Under the pieces are notes generated by a model. It had not been told where the DNA came from and ran no database searches. It saw only the letters and a list, made by a program, of their open reading frames with translations. Position numbers and translations under genes: made by a program. Positions 18,230-27,959 of a stretch of DNA of 64,000 bases are shown piece after piece; within the stretch, counting starts at the first letter, position 1, and each line of letters opens with the position of its first letter. Where the stretch lies: positions 6,339 through 70,338 of the forward strand of contig CAMDGU010000003.1 of assembly GCA_945897885.1 (NCBI GenBank), written 5' to 3'. This DNA comes from Chitinophaga pinensis (GTDB lineage Bacteria; Bacteroidota; Bacteroidia; NS11-12g; UBA9320).

Positions 18230-19509
18230 TACATATCCTTCAAGGTACTCATTTCGGTAGATCGGGTAGCATCAAGGCGTATAAGTGTAAAAAGTAAAAC
18301 CGTAAAGCCTATTAGTGATGAGCCGCCATAACTAAAAAAAGGCAATGGGATACCAATTACCGGAACTAGACCTATGGTCATTCCAATATTTATTATAAAG
18401 TGGAAGAAAAGTATAGAGCCTACACAGTAAGCATATATTCGATTATACCTATTTTTCTGTCGTTCAGCCAAATAATATACTCTGGCAATAAGGGTTACAA
18501 ACAAAATCATAATAATAGTACTTCCTATCCAGCCCCATTCTTCACCGATGGTACAAAATATGAAATCGGTATGCTGCTCAGGTACATAACGGAGTTTGGT
18601 TTGGGTGCCTTGTAAAAAACCTTTACCAATAAGACCTCCAGAGCCAATGGCTATTTTAGATTGATGAACGTTATATCCTTCTTTTTTTAAATCTTCTAAC
18701 AAACCAAAAGTAACGAGAATACGTTTTTTTTGATGGTCTTTTAAAATATTGTCTGTTATTAAATTAATACTAAAACTAAATCCTACAACGGCAATGGTTA
18801 CCAATAAAAACGGCCAGGTAAGATATTTACGCCGTGAACTAAGTAAGTATAAAAGGAAAGCTACAGCGGCAAAAATTCCTGAAACCCAAACGGAACCAAA
18901 ATAAAGAGTAAGGATAAAAATAATGATAGCACATAATGCCATTACAAACCAAATTCCTGATAAGCCTTCGCGGTAAAGAACTAGACTAAACGATAAAAAA
19001 ACCAATGCAGAACCGGTGTCTTTTTGTATCAAGATTAAAGCCATAGGTAGTAAAAAGATTGCCAAAGCAATCCGCAAGGTTATTTTATCTTTGAGTCGGG
19101 CATCAGGGGTGCCCAAAAATTTGGCTAAAGCCAGCGAGACTCCATACTTGGCAAATTCTGCGGGTTGTAAATTAAAACTACCAATAGGAATCCAGTTTTT
19201 ATTTCCGGCCACTTCTTTACCCAACACAAAAACGGATATGACCAACCCAACCAAAACCCCGTATACACCGTATGAAAAAAGATTAAATACCTTATAATCC
19301 AGAAATAGCCAAAAAATAGCTATAAAAGCAGAAATACAGATAAACAAAAATTGTTTGCCGTAATTTTTGTTTAGGTCAAAAATACTTCCTGTAGATTCAT
19401 TCCATGAAGCGGAATAAATATTAAACCATCCAAATAATACCATTACTACATAAATGAGTATTATTGGCCAGTCGAAGGTGTTTGTATCAATAATCTTCTT
19501 CTCTCTCAT
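18226..19509 (-). CDS. rodA: Rod shape-determining protein RodA (SEDS)
   Basis: QPAEFAK, QKDTGSA, SKIAIGSGG, PEQHTDFIF, GEEWG, PVIGIPLPFFSYGGSS. Confidence 0.96.
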   Translation of the reverse strand: MREKKIIDTNTFDWPIILIYVVMVLFGWFNIYSASWNESTGSIFDLNKNYGKQFLFICISAFIAIFWLFLDYKVFNLFSYGVYGVLVGLVISVFVLGKEVAGNKNWIPIGSFNLQPAEFAKYGVSLALAKFLGTPDARLKDKITLRIALAIFLLPMALILIQKDTGSALVFLSFSLVLYREGLSGIWFVMALCAIIIFILTLYFGSVWVSGIFAAVAFLLYLLSSRRKYLTWPFLLVTIAVVGFSFSINLITDNILKDHQKKRILVTFGLLEDLKKEGYNVHQSKIAIGSGGLIGKGFLQGTQTKLRYVPEQHTDFIFCTIGEEWGWIGSTIIMILFVTLIARVYYLAERQKNRYNRIYAYCVGSILFFHFIINIGMTIGLVPVIGIPLPFFSYGGSSLIGFTVLLFTLIRLDATRSTEMSTLKDMY

Positions 19510-21475
19510 TTAATACCATATCACGGTTTAATGGCATATTGCCAGTTGTATTATTTTTATTTTCTTTTTTCTTTTTCTCTATTGAATCCTTTGTAGCCTT
19601 CGTTGTTGAATCCTTTAAAAATTTAATTCTGGTTGCATCCAAAGGTTTAGGCTTTGGTAATATATAAGCTTCAAAAAGTCGTTTTTCCATTTCCGGTTTT
19701 GATGAAACGGTATCTTTATTAATATATTTTTCAATTAATAAATTGGCTACAGGGGCGGCCCAAGTAGCTCCATATCCTGCATTTTCAACAATACAAGCAA
19801 TGGCTATTTTAGGGTTATCTTTAGGAGCAAAGCACATAAATACTGCATGATTTTTTCCATGTGGATTTTGAACCGTTCCTGTTTTTCCGCAAATTTCAAT
19901 ACCTTCAATTCCTGTTCTGGCGGCGGTTCCATTTATTAACGTCATAGCCATTCCTTCTACCACAGCTTCAAAATGTTGACGGTCAATTTTTATTTTGTGC
20001 TTCTCTCTAAATTTTTGAGGTATGGCAGGCTTATCATCTACTTTTCTTATGCAATGAGGGGTGTAATAATAGCCTCGGTTGGCAATAGCACTAATAACAT
20101 TAGCCATTTGTAAGGGAGTTATTAAAATCTCACCCTGACCAATGGAAAGTGAAATTAATCTGGAAAAGCCCCACTTACCATTATGCATTTTATCATAAAA
20201 TTCGGGGCTTGGAATATTTCCTTTGGATTCAAAGTTAATATCTGAGCCCAATTTAGCTGCCAAGCCAAATTGAAGCATATAATCTTTCCATTTTATATAG
20301 GCTTCGCGAGTTGATTTATATTTAGGATTTTCCAGAATTTCTCTAAAGGTATTACAATAATAAGCATTGCAGCTATTTGCCACACTTCCTCTTAAATCAA
20401 GATTGGGTGGGTGTGGATGGCAATTAACATGTAATCGGCCTATGCTGAAACCCCGGTAGCAAGGAAAAGTTGTTTCAGGATAAATTACTTCTTCTTGTAA
20501 ACCAATTAGTCCATTTAGCAATTTGAAAACAGAACCTGGAGGATAGGCAGCAGTTACAGCTCTGTTAAACAAAGGTTTGGTAGGGTCGAGTAATAATTTT
20601 CCGTAGTTTTTTCGCTTGTTTCTTATAGATAAGTCATCGGGATTATAACCCGGACTGGAAACGAGTGTAAGTATTTCACCCGTTGAGGGCTCAATAGCAA
20701 CTACACTTCCCATTTTATTTTGCATAAGCTTTTCAGCATATTCTTGCAATGTAAGGTCTAATGTAGTTGAAACTTTTAGCCCTGCAATTGGCTGTTTATC
20801 ATATTTACCTTTTGAATAATTTCCTTTTTGTCGGCCACGGCTATCTACCAATATTACCTCCTCACCTTTTAAACCCCTTAATTCTTTCTCATAGTATTTT
20901 TCAATCCCGGTTAAGCCTATAAAATCGCCTTTTGAATAATAGTTTTCCTCGTCTTGAGCTTCAAGTTGTTTTTGGGATATTTCGCCAATATATCCCAAAA
21001 TATGCGCTCCTGAAGTTGTTTTGTATTTACGGTCAGTTTTTATATCAATATAAAATCGCTCATATTCATACATTCGTTCTTGCAGGGCCGCATATTTATT
21101 TTGTTCCAGATTTTTGTAAAACACGGCACTTCCTTTATAAACCGTTTTGTCTGCTTTTTTTAAACGTTTTATAAAGTTAGGTTTAGTAATCCTTAATATT
21201 TCACAAAAACCAAGGGTGTCAAAATTTTTAAGATTAAATGGATAGGAAATCATCAAATCATAAAAATTGTCATTAAAGGCAATAAGTTTATTATTCCGGT
21301 CGTATACCAATCCTCTGTTTGGGTGGATGGTTAATATTTTTTTTGAGTTGGCATTGGCAAATTCTACATACGATTTATCAATAATCTGTAAATAGAAAAG
21401 TCGAACGGTAAAGATGAAACCGATAGCTATGACAGCTATAATTAAGGATTGATTTCGGTTGCTTCCTTCAGACAT
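19487..21475 (-). CDS. mrdA: Penicillin-binding protein 2
   Basis: RGLVYDRN, YPPGSVFK (SxxK), SCN (SxN), KTG motifs; between mreD and rodA. Confidence 0.96.
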   Translation of the reverse strand: MSEGSNRNQSLIIAVIAIGFIFTVRLFYLQIIDKSYVEFANANSKKILTIHPNRGLVYDRNNKLIAFNDNFYDLMISYPFNLKNFDTLGFCEILRITKPNFIKRLKKADKTVYKGSAVFYKNLEQNKYAALQERMYEYERFYIDIKTDRKYKTTSGAHILGYIGEISQKQLEAQDEENYYSKGDFIGLTGIEKYYEKELRGLKGEEVILVDSRGRQKGNYSKGKYDKQPIAGLKVSTTLDLTLQEYAEKLMQNKMGSVVAIEPSTGEILTLVSSPGYNPDDLSIRNKRKNYGKLLLDPTKPLFNRAVTAAYPPGSVFKLLNGLIGLQEEVIYPETTFPCYRGFSIGRLHVNCHPHPPNLDLRGSVANSCNAYYCNTFREILENPKYKSTREAYIKWKDYMLQFGLAAKLGSDINFESKGNIPSPEFYDKMHNGKWGFSRLISLSIGQGEILITPLQMANVISAIANRGYYYTPHCIRKVDDKPAIPQKFREKHKIKIDRQHFEAVVEGMAMTLINGTAARTGIEGIEICGKTGTVQNPHGKNHAVFMCFAPKDNPKIAIACIVENAGYGATWAAPVANLLIEKYINKDTVSSKPEMEKRLFEAYILPKPKPLDATRIKFLKDSTTKATKDSIEKKKKENKNNTTGNMPLNRDMVLNEREEDY

Positions 21476-21986
21476 TGGTAGTTTTGCGGCTAAATAAAAA
21501 TCCTATCAGCAACATTAAAAACGTGGCAATTATTCCACTCGAAATTGATTTTAGAGTAAGATCCCCTAACCCACTAAACGTGAAGGCTTCCATAAAATAA
21601 ATAAGCCAATGGTAAAGTAGAGAGGAAATAAGAATGTAGAAGAAATGCCAAGTGGGTGGCATGTTTTTTAAATTGGGCGACATTCCACGTTCTATCTCTT
21701 CTTTATCTAATGAATATTTTATGTAAAAGTATCTAAAATATCCTAATGCCGTTCCTGCAAAAGCATGTATACCATTTGTATTTGATAATCCATCTACAAT
21801 TCCTCCACTTACAAATCCTGCCAAAAGGCAAAACCAAATTTCGGTATTAACGGGAAGTAGCAATAAAAAGAGAATATAAACCTGAGGATTAACATAGCTG
21901 CTAATATCCAAACTATTTAATACCAAAACCTGTAATCCGGCCAGGAGAATAAATGCGATAATATGTCGAATAATACTAATTGCCAC
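21468..21986 (-). CDS. mreD: Rod shape-determining protein MreD
   Basis: Hydrophobic 172 aa with PQVYILFLLLLP and GIHAFA; position in the mre operon. Confidence 0.88.
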   Translation of the reverse strand: MAISIIRHIIAFILLAGLQVLVLNSLDISSYVNPQVYILFLLLLPVNTEIWFCLLAGFVSGGIVDGLSNTNGIHAFAGTALGYFRYFYIKYSLDKEEIERGMSPNLKNMPPTWHFFYILISSLLYHWLIYFMEAFTFSGLGDLTLKSISSGIIATFLMLLIGFLFSRKTTNV

Positions 21987-22809
21987 TGCTAATCTGTTCT
22001 TCTATGGTTTCTATTTCTTCTTTTTGCAAATTATTAATTATGTAAACGCTGCGTAAGCTTGTGAAATTGGTAGAGAGTTTTACTTTTACATTTAAAAAAG
22101 AACCTCCGGTTGCAGGTGTAACCTCAGCTATTGTTCCAATCATTACATTTTCGGGAAACAAGGAGGAGTAAGGACTTGTTTGAACAATATCTCCTTTTTT
22201 TAAAACATTAAATTTATTAATTCCTTCAATATTGGCATAATATGGCGAGTTGTTTTTCCATATCAATCTGCCTATCGACGAGTTACCTTTTAATTTTGGA
22301 GTTACCTTAAATTTGCTATTCAAAACCGACATGGCTATACTGAAATTTTCAGAAGTAGCTACAATTACACCAACAATACCATCAGGATTAATAACCCCCA
22401 TATTTTTCTTAATACCATGCTTGCTTCCTTTATCAATAGTAATATAATTATTAACCAAATCTGTGGAGTTCTGAATAACATTTCCTGGAATGTAGGTGAA
22501 TTTTTGGCGGAAGGTAGTATCTGTATTTCTTATGGTGTCGCTTTTATCAATATAATAGGATTCCAATACCTTTTTGCGAAGGGCGTTATTTTCCAATTGA
22601 AGTCTTTTGTTTTCTTTCCCAAGATTGAAATATTCTGTAATATTGGAACGCTTGGTTAGTATGAAGCCGTTAACATTATTTGATGTATTTAATAAAACAG
22701 CATGATGATAATTATTAAACGAATAAATAGCGTAAAACGCCACCGTTTCAAGTATAAGGAATAGAAAGAAGTGTGAATAACGTTGTATGAAGAGGAAAAA
22801 ATTACGCAT
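21976..22809 (-). CDS. mreC: Rod shape-determining protein MreC
   Basis: N-terminal TM, coiled coil (ENKRLQLENNAL), ITIDKGSKHG, GIVG, GDIVQTS. Confidence 0.94.
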   Translation of the reverse strand: MRNFFLFIQRYSHFFLFLILETVAFYAIYSFNNYHHAVLLNTSNNVNGFILTKRSNITEYFNLGKENKRLQLENNALRKKVLESYYIDKSDTIRNTDTTFRQKFTYIPGNVIQNSTDLVNNYITIDKGSKHGIKKNMGVINPDGIVGVIVATSENFSIAMSVLNSKFKVTPKLKGNSSIGRLIWKNNSPYYANIEGINKFNVLKKGDIVQTSPYSSLFPENVMIGTIAEVTPATGGSFLNVKVKLSTNFTSLRSVYIINNLQKEEIETIEEQISSGN

Positions 22810-22834
22810 TTAGTTTCCCCGGTGGGTCCGTTAA

Positions 22835-23857
22835 TTATTGCATTATAGATTTAAAAGATTCAAGATTTTTAAGGGCGTAGGCAGTTCCTCTTACTACGGC
22901 ACGAAGAGGATCTTCAGCCACATATACCGGTAGTTTAGATTTTATGGAAATACGTTTATCCAAGCCACGAAGCAAAGCTCCTCCACCTGTAAGGTATAAT
23001 CCAGTTTTATAAATATCAGCACTTAATTCAGGAGGAGTAAGTTCCAATGCCTTTAATACAGCTTCTTCTATTTTTGAAATGGATTTATCTAAAGCTAAAG
23101 CAATTTCAGAGTATGATATATGAATTTGTTTTGGAATTCCGGTCATTAAATCACGTCCGTTTACCGGGTAATCTTCAGGTGGATTATCTAATTCGGGAAG
23201 CGCTGAACCAACTTCAATTTTTATCATTTCGCCCGTTCTTTCACCAATTAAAAGATTGTGCTGACGACGCATATACTCAATAATATCTTCCGTAAAATCA
23301 TCTCCGGCTACTCTAATACTTTGGTCGCACACAATACCTGATAAGGCTATAACAGCAATTTCTGTAGTTCCACCTCCTATATCAATAATCATATTTCCCA
23401 TTGGCTCAGCTACGTCAATACCGATACCTATCGCAGCAGCCATTGGTTCATGAATTAGGTAGACCTCTTTGGCACCTGCTCTTTCTGCCGATTCTTTTAC
23501 CGCACGTTTTTCTACCTCGGTAATGCCTGAAGGAATACAAATAACCATTTTTAATTGAGGTTTAAAAAGGCTCTTGTTTGGATTGATAAGCTTTATCATC
23601 CCTCTTATCATTTGCTCAGCAGCTTCAAAATCTGCTATTACACCGTCTTTTAATGGGCGAATAGTTTTGATATTTTCATGCGCTTTTCCATGCATTTTTT
23701 GAGCCTCCTTGCCAATCGCAATTATCTCACCGGTGGTGCGATTTTTTGCAATTATAGAAGGTTCGTCTACTACTACTTTATCTTTATAAACTATTAAGGT
23801 ATTTGCTGTACCTAAGTCTATTGCCAGTTCTTGTGTTAAAAAGTTAAAAATGCCCAT
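22835..23857 (-). CDS. mreB: Rod shape-determining protein MreB
   Basis: AIDLGTANT, RPLKDGVIADF, EPMAAAIG, DIGGGTTE, GGGALL. Confidence 0.98.
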   Translation of the reverse strand: MGIFNFLTQELAIDLGTANTLIVYKDKVVVDEPSIIAKNRTTGEIIAIGKEAQKMHGKAHENIKTIRPLKDGVIADFEAAEQMIRGMIKLINPNKSLFKPQLKMVICIPSGITEVEKRAVKESAERAGAKEVYLIHEPMAAAIGIGIDVAEPMGNMIIDIGGGTTEIAVIALSGIVCDQSIRVAGDDFTEDIIEYMRRQHNLLIGERTGEMIKIEVGSALPELDNPPEDYPVNGRDLMTGIPKQIHISYSEIALALDKSISKIEEAVLKALELTPPELSADIYKTGLYLTGGGALLRGLDKRISIKSKLPVYVAEDPLRAVVRGTAYALKNLESFKSIMQ

Positions 23858-23884
23858 TAAAGCGAATCCCGTTTAAAAATCTTA

Positions 23885-23892
23885 CAAATTTA
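23885..23892 (-). promoter_or_regulatory. -7 box for the mreBCD-mrdA-rodA operon
   Basis: Exact TAAATTTG on the minus strand upstream of mreB. Confidence 0.65.
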
Positions 23893-23968
23893 TTGTGAAT
23901 TGAGGTGTTTTGTTACTAAAAGAAAAAAAAAATATTTAATCAAATTTGTTAATTAATTCTAGCCTGGT

Positions 23969-25459
23969 TTAATGTTTAAAATGTCGGTTACCTGTCATCA
24001 CCATAGCCATATTATTTGCATTGCAATAATCCACAGAAAGAGCATCTTTTATTGAACCACCTGGTTGTATTACTGCATTAATTCCTTCATTGTGTGCTAT
24101 TTCCACACAATCTGGAAATGGGAAAAAAGCATCACTGGACATAACAGCTCCATTAAGATTAAATCCAAGATGTTTGGCTTTATGTATTGCCTGATTTAAA
24201 GCGTCAACTCTGCTGGTTTGACCGGTGCCTGATGCTAATAGTTGATTGTTTTTTACCAAAATGATAGCATTTGATTTTGTATGCTTAACTAAAATATTAG
24301 CCACTACCATATCTCTCTTCTCTGCTTCATTAGGTTGCTTATTTGTTATTACTTTTAAATCAGAAAAGGTTTCTGTTTTTGAGTCACGGTCTTGAGTAAG
24401 CACTCCATTCAATATTGTTCTTGTCATTTGATTTGGCATTGACGTGTCATTTGTAGCAAGTATAATTCTATTTTTCTTGGACTGAAGAATTTGTATTGCT
24501 TGATCACTGTATGCAGGTGCAATAACAATTTCAAAAAATAATTTATCCATTTCTTCGGCTGTAGCCTCATCCACTTCAGTATTACAACATAATATTCCAC
24601 CAAAAGCAGAAACAGGGTCACCGGCTAAGGCATCTAAATAAGCTTGCTTTAGGGTAGGTCTTATAGCCATACCACAAGCATTGTTATGTTTAATAATTGC
24701 AAATACAGGTTCGGTTTTAGGAAAATCCAATACCAAAGATAGTGCTGCATCTATATCCAAAAGGTTATTGTAGGATAATTCTTTCCCTTGATGTTTGGTG
24801 AAGAGTTTTTCTAAATTACCTGTAAAAGTAGCTTGTTGGTGAGGATTTTCACCATATCTGAGTTCATAATTTTTTTTGCCTGCAAAATAATTATAGATAG
24901 CCGTATCGTAAGTACTGGTAGTTAAAAATGCCTGTTCTGCAAAGGATTTTCTAGTTTCGATACTTGTTTTACCTTCATTGTTTGACAACTGCTCTGATAA
25001 TAATTGATAAAGATTTTTATTGGCAACAATTAATGTGTCATTATAATTTTTTGCCGCTGCTCGAATTAAAGAAACACCGCCAATATCAATTTTTTCAATA
25101 ATTTCCTCTTCCGAGCCATTATTTTTTAAGGTTTCTTCAAAAGGATATAAATCAACAATAATTAAATCTATGGGGGGAATATTAAATTTATTAATTTCCT
25201 CAAGGTCTTGAGAATTATCTCGTCTGTGAAGTATTCCTCCAAAAATAGCCGGGTGCAAAGTTTTCACTCTTCCACCAAGTATTGAAGGAAAACCAGTTGC
25301 CTCTTCTACTGGTGTTACTTTCATGTTCAGATTTTCAATAAAGGTTTGAGTGCCTCCTGTTGAATAGATTTTTACATCATGTTTTTTAAGTAAATCGAGA
25401 ATAGGCTCCAGCCCTTCTTTATAATAAACGGAGATTAATGCCGATGAAATTTTTTTCAT
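23969..25459 (-). CDS. purH: Bifunctional AICAR transformylase/IMP cyclohydrolase
   Basis: ALISVYYK, STGGT, GGRVKTLHP, EKIDIGG, LRYGENPHQ, SDAFFPF, IQPGGSIKD, RHFKH; ATG 25459 lies just downstream of TACCTTTG box (25466-25473). Confidence 0.97.
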   Translation of the reverse strand: MKKISSALISVYYKEGLEPILDLLKKHDVKIYSTGGTQTFIENLNMKVTPVEEATGFPSILGGRVKTLHPAIFGGILHRRDNSQDLEEINKFNIPPIDLIIVDLYPFEETLKNNGSEEEIIEKIDIGGVSLIRAAAKNYNDTLIVANKNLYQLLSEQLSNNEGKTSIETRKSFAEQAFLTTSTYDTAIYNYFAGKKNYELRYGENPHQQATFTGNLEKLFTKHQGKELSYNNLLDIDAALSLVLDFPKTEPVFAIIKHNNACGMAIRPTLKQAYLDALAGDPVSAFGGILCCNTEVDEATAEEMDKLFFEIVIAPAYSDQAIQILQSKKNRIILATNDTSMPNQMTRTILNGVLTQDRDSKTETFSDLKVITNKQPNEAEKRDMVVANILVKHTKSNAIILVKNNQLLASGTGQTSRVDALNQAIHKAKHLGFNLNGAVMSSDAFFPFPDCVEIAHNEGINAVIQPGGSIKDALSVDYCNANNMAMVMTGNRHFKH

Positions 25460-25634
25460 TTGTAGCAAAGGTAACATTTAGAAAATGACATGAATTAGAC
25501 GTGATAAAGATGTGTATATCTGAATCAAAGAACAATTATTTAGGAAAATGGAATGTTGAAATGTAATATAAATCTCGATCTATTAGCCCAAGATGAGACT
25601 TTTTTAGGGTAAAATAGTACGCTATAAATAATGA

Positions 25635-26615
25635 TTAAAGGTTTAATCTTTTAATTTCCTCAATAAGTTCCTCTTTGTTAATTGGCACAACCCCAACTTT
25701 TTCACAAACTATACCTCCTGCTATATTTGCAATTTCAGCTGCTTTGAGCAAATCCATGCCTGAAGCTAAGCATAAAGCTGCTACACTTACTACGGTATCT
25801 CCTGCACCACTTACATCTGTAATTATTCTTTTATGAGCCTTGATGTGCGATGCTTGGTTATTTTTTTTTAGATAAACGCCATCTTCAGACAAGGTTACCA
25901 TTACACTTTCACAATCTAAAATTTCAATTAATTTACCGGTAGCTTTTTCAATATTTTCCAACTTTGAAAGGTCTAAATCTGTTTTTAATCCTTCTTTTAT
26001 TTCTTTTCGGTTCGGTTTAAATAAAGTGCAATTTCTATATGCAAAAAAGTTTTCCTTCTTAGGATCAACAATGGTTGGTACTTTATTTTTATTCGCAATT
26101 TCTATCACCTCAGAAATTAATCGTTCTGAAAGCAATCCTTTATTGTAATCTTCTAAAATAATTGCGTCGGTTGTATTTATATTTTTTTGAACGAAGTTAA
26201 TTAGCTTTTCTTCAATTTCGGATGTAATAAAACCAGTTGATTCATGGTCAATTCTTAGCAAGTGTGTATTGCCTGAAATAACTCTAGTCTTCATCGTAGT
26301 TGGACGTGAGATGTCAATAGCAACGCCTTCAATATTTACCCCATCTGTTCTTAGTAATTCCATTAATTCTTTTCCTTCATCATCGTCACCAATTACCGCA
26401 CCTAATTTTACTTTTGCACCAAGGCTAATAATATTTAGAGCAACATTGGCAGCACCTCCAGGTCTGTGATCTTTTTTAGTAACCGAAATAATTGGAACAG
26501 GGGCTTCAGGTGAAATTCTATCTACCAATCCAAAATAATAGGCATCTACCATCACATCACCAATCACGAGTATACTTAAATCTGAAAATGAATCAATTTG
26601 AGTTAATGTTGACAT
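25635..26615 (-). CDS. rfaE1: D-glycero-beta-D-manno-heptose-7-phosphate kinase (RfaE/HldE kinase domain, PfkB family)
   Basis: GDVMVDAY, RISPEAPVP, GGAANVA, DVSGAGDTV, VCEKVG; no adenylyltransferase domain. Confidence 0.88.
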   Translation of the reverse strand: MSTLTQIDSFSDLSILVIGDVMVDAYYFGLVDRISPEAPVPIISVTKKDHRPGGAANVALNIISLGAKVKLGAVIGDDDEGKELMELLRTDGVNIEGVAIDISRPTTMKTRVISGNTHLLRIDHESTGFITSEIEEKLINFVQKNINTTDAIILEDYNKGLLSERLISEVIEIANKNKVPTIVDPKKENFFAYRNCTLFKPNRKEIKEGLKTDLDLSKLENIEKATGKLIEILDCESVMVTLSEDGVYLKKNNQASHIKAHKRIITDVSGAGDTVVSVAALCLASGMDLLKAAEIANIAGGIVCEKVGVVPINKEELIEEIKRLNL

Positions 26616-26626
26616 ACTAAAAATAG

Positions 26627-27817
26627 TTAAATCGTAAGAGCTTCTTTAATTCTATCAAAAGCAAAATTAAGATCGGTTTCGTTTAATGAATAGGATATCC
26701 TAATGCACTCAGGATTTCCAAATGCTTCACCAGAAACCATAGAAACATGAGCCACTTCTAATAAATAGTAGCATAGATCACGTGTTGAAATAATTTTTGT
26801 CCCGTTTAGAGTTTTACCAATAAAATAACTAAAATCGGGAAAAATATAAAAAGCTCCATCAGGCACATTAGCTTTTACTCCGGGTATTTCGTCAAGTCGT
26901 TTTAATACCAAATTTCTGCGTTTAAGGTATTCGGCTGTCATTGCTTTTGTTGGTTCTAATGAACCTGTTAAAGCAGCTAGTGTTGCTCTTTGCGCAATGC
27001 TATTAGCACCACTGGTAAACTGGCCTTGCAACTTTTCACAAGCTTTTGCAATAAATTCTGGTGCACCAATATAACCTATTCTCCAGCCTGTCATAGCAAA
27101 TGCTTTAGCAACCCCATTTATGGTTATAACCCGGTCGGCTACTGATTGAAATTGCCCAATACTTTCATGCTTTGAAACAAAATTGATATGCTCATAAATT
27201 TCATCTGAGACAATAAATATATTGGGATATTTTTCAAAAACATCCGCTATTTCTTTCAATTCTTGTTTGCTGTATGCTGAGCCACTAGGATTGCAGGGTG
27301 AAGAAAAAAGGAACATTTTTGTTTTATCTGTAATTGCGGCTTCTATTGCACTTGCCGGTGATTTATAATTGTTGGTTACATTTGAAGGAACAAAAACAGG
27401 TTTTCCTGAGGCTAGTTTAACCATTTCACTATAGCTAACCCAATATGGATTTGGAATTATTACCTCATCTCCGGGGTTAATTAGAGCCAATATTACATTC
27501 ATTATGGAATGTTTTGCACCAGTGGAAATTACAATTTGATTGGTAGAATAATTTAATCCATTGTCTCGCAAAAATTTATCAGATACTGCTTGCCGTAAAT
27601 CTAAGAACCCTGCTACCGGCGAATACTTAGTAAAACCATCATCCATTGCTTTTTTTGCAGCCTCTATAATGTGTTTTGGAGTTGCAAAATCCGGTTCACC
27701 AAGGCTTAAATTAATTACTTTAACTCCTTTAGCGGATAATTCACGGGCTTTTTTAGCCATCTCCAAAGTTTGTGATTCCTCAAAATAGTAAACTCTATTG
27801 GCAAGTCTTGTATCCAT
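26627..27817 (-). CDS. PLP-dependent class I/II aminotransferase (aspartate aminotransferase-like)
   Basis: LSLGEPDF, GAKHS, PYWVSY, PCNPSG, SDEIY, GVAKAFAMTGWRIG. Confidence 0.93.
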   Translation of the reverse strand: MDTRLANRVYYFEESQTLEMAKKARELSAKGVKVINLSLGEPDFATPKHIIEAAKKAMDDGFTKYSPVAGFLDLRQAVSDKFLRDNGLNYSTNQIVISTGAKHSIMNVILALINPGDEVIIPNPYWVSYSEMVKLASGKPVFVPSNVTNNYKSPASAIEAAITDKTKMFLFSSPCNPSGSAYSKQELKEIADVFEKYPNIFIVSDEIYEHINFVSKHESIGQFQSVADRVITINGVAKAFAMTGWRIGYIGAPEFIAKACEKLQGQFTSGANSIAQRATLAALTGSLEPTKAMTAEYLKRRNLVLKRLDEIPGVKANVPDGAFYIFPDFSYFIGKTLNGTKIISTRDLCYYLLEVAHVSMVSGEAFGNPECIRISYSLNETDLNFAFDRIKEALTI

Positions 27818-27906
27818 TGAGGTGCAAATAACGTCCTAAAAAATAAATTAATGGGAATGATTGTGTAAATTAGTTCAAAAACTGAAGGAGTTTTTTTTAA
27901 TAAATC

Positions 27907-27936
27907 AAAAAAGCCACCTGACTAGGTGGCTTTTTT
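27907..27936 (-). terminator. Intrinsic terminator after gldJ (bidirectional form)
   Basis: AAAAAAGCCACCT-GACT-AGGTGGCTTTTTT. Confidence 0.85.
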
Positions 27937-27959
27937 GAAAAATATAAACTATGTGGAAA

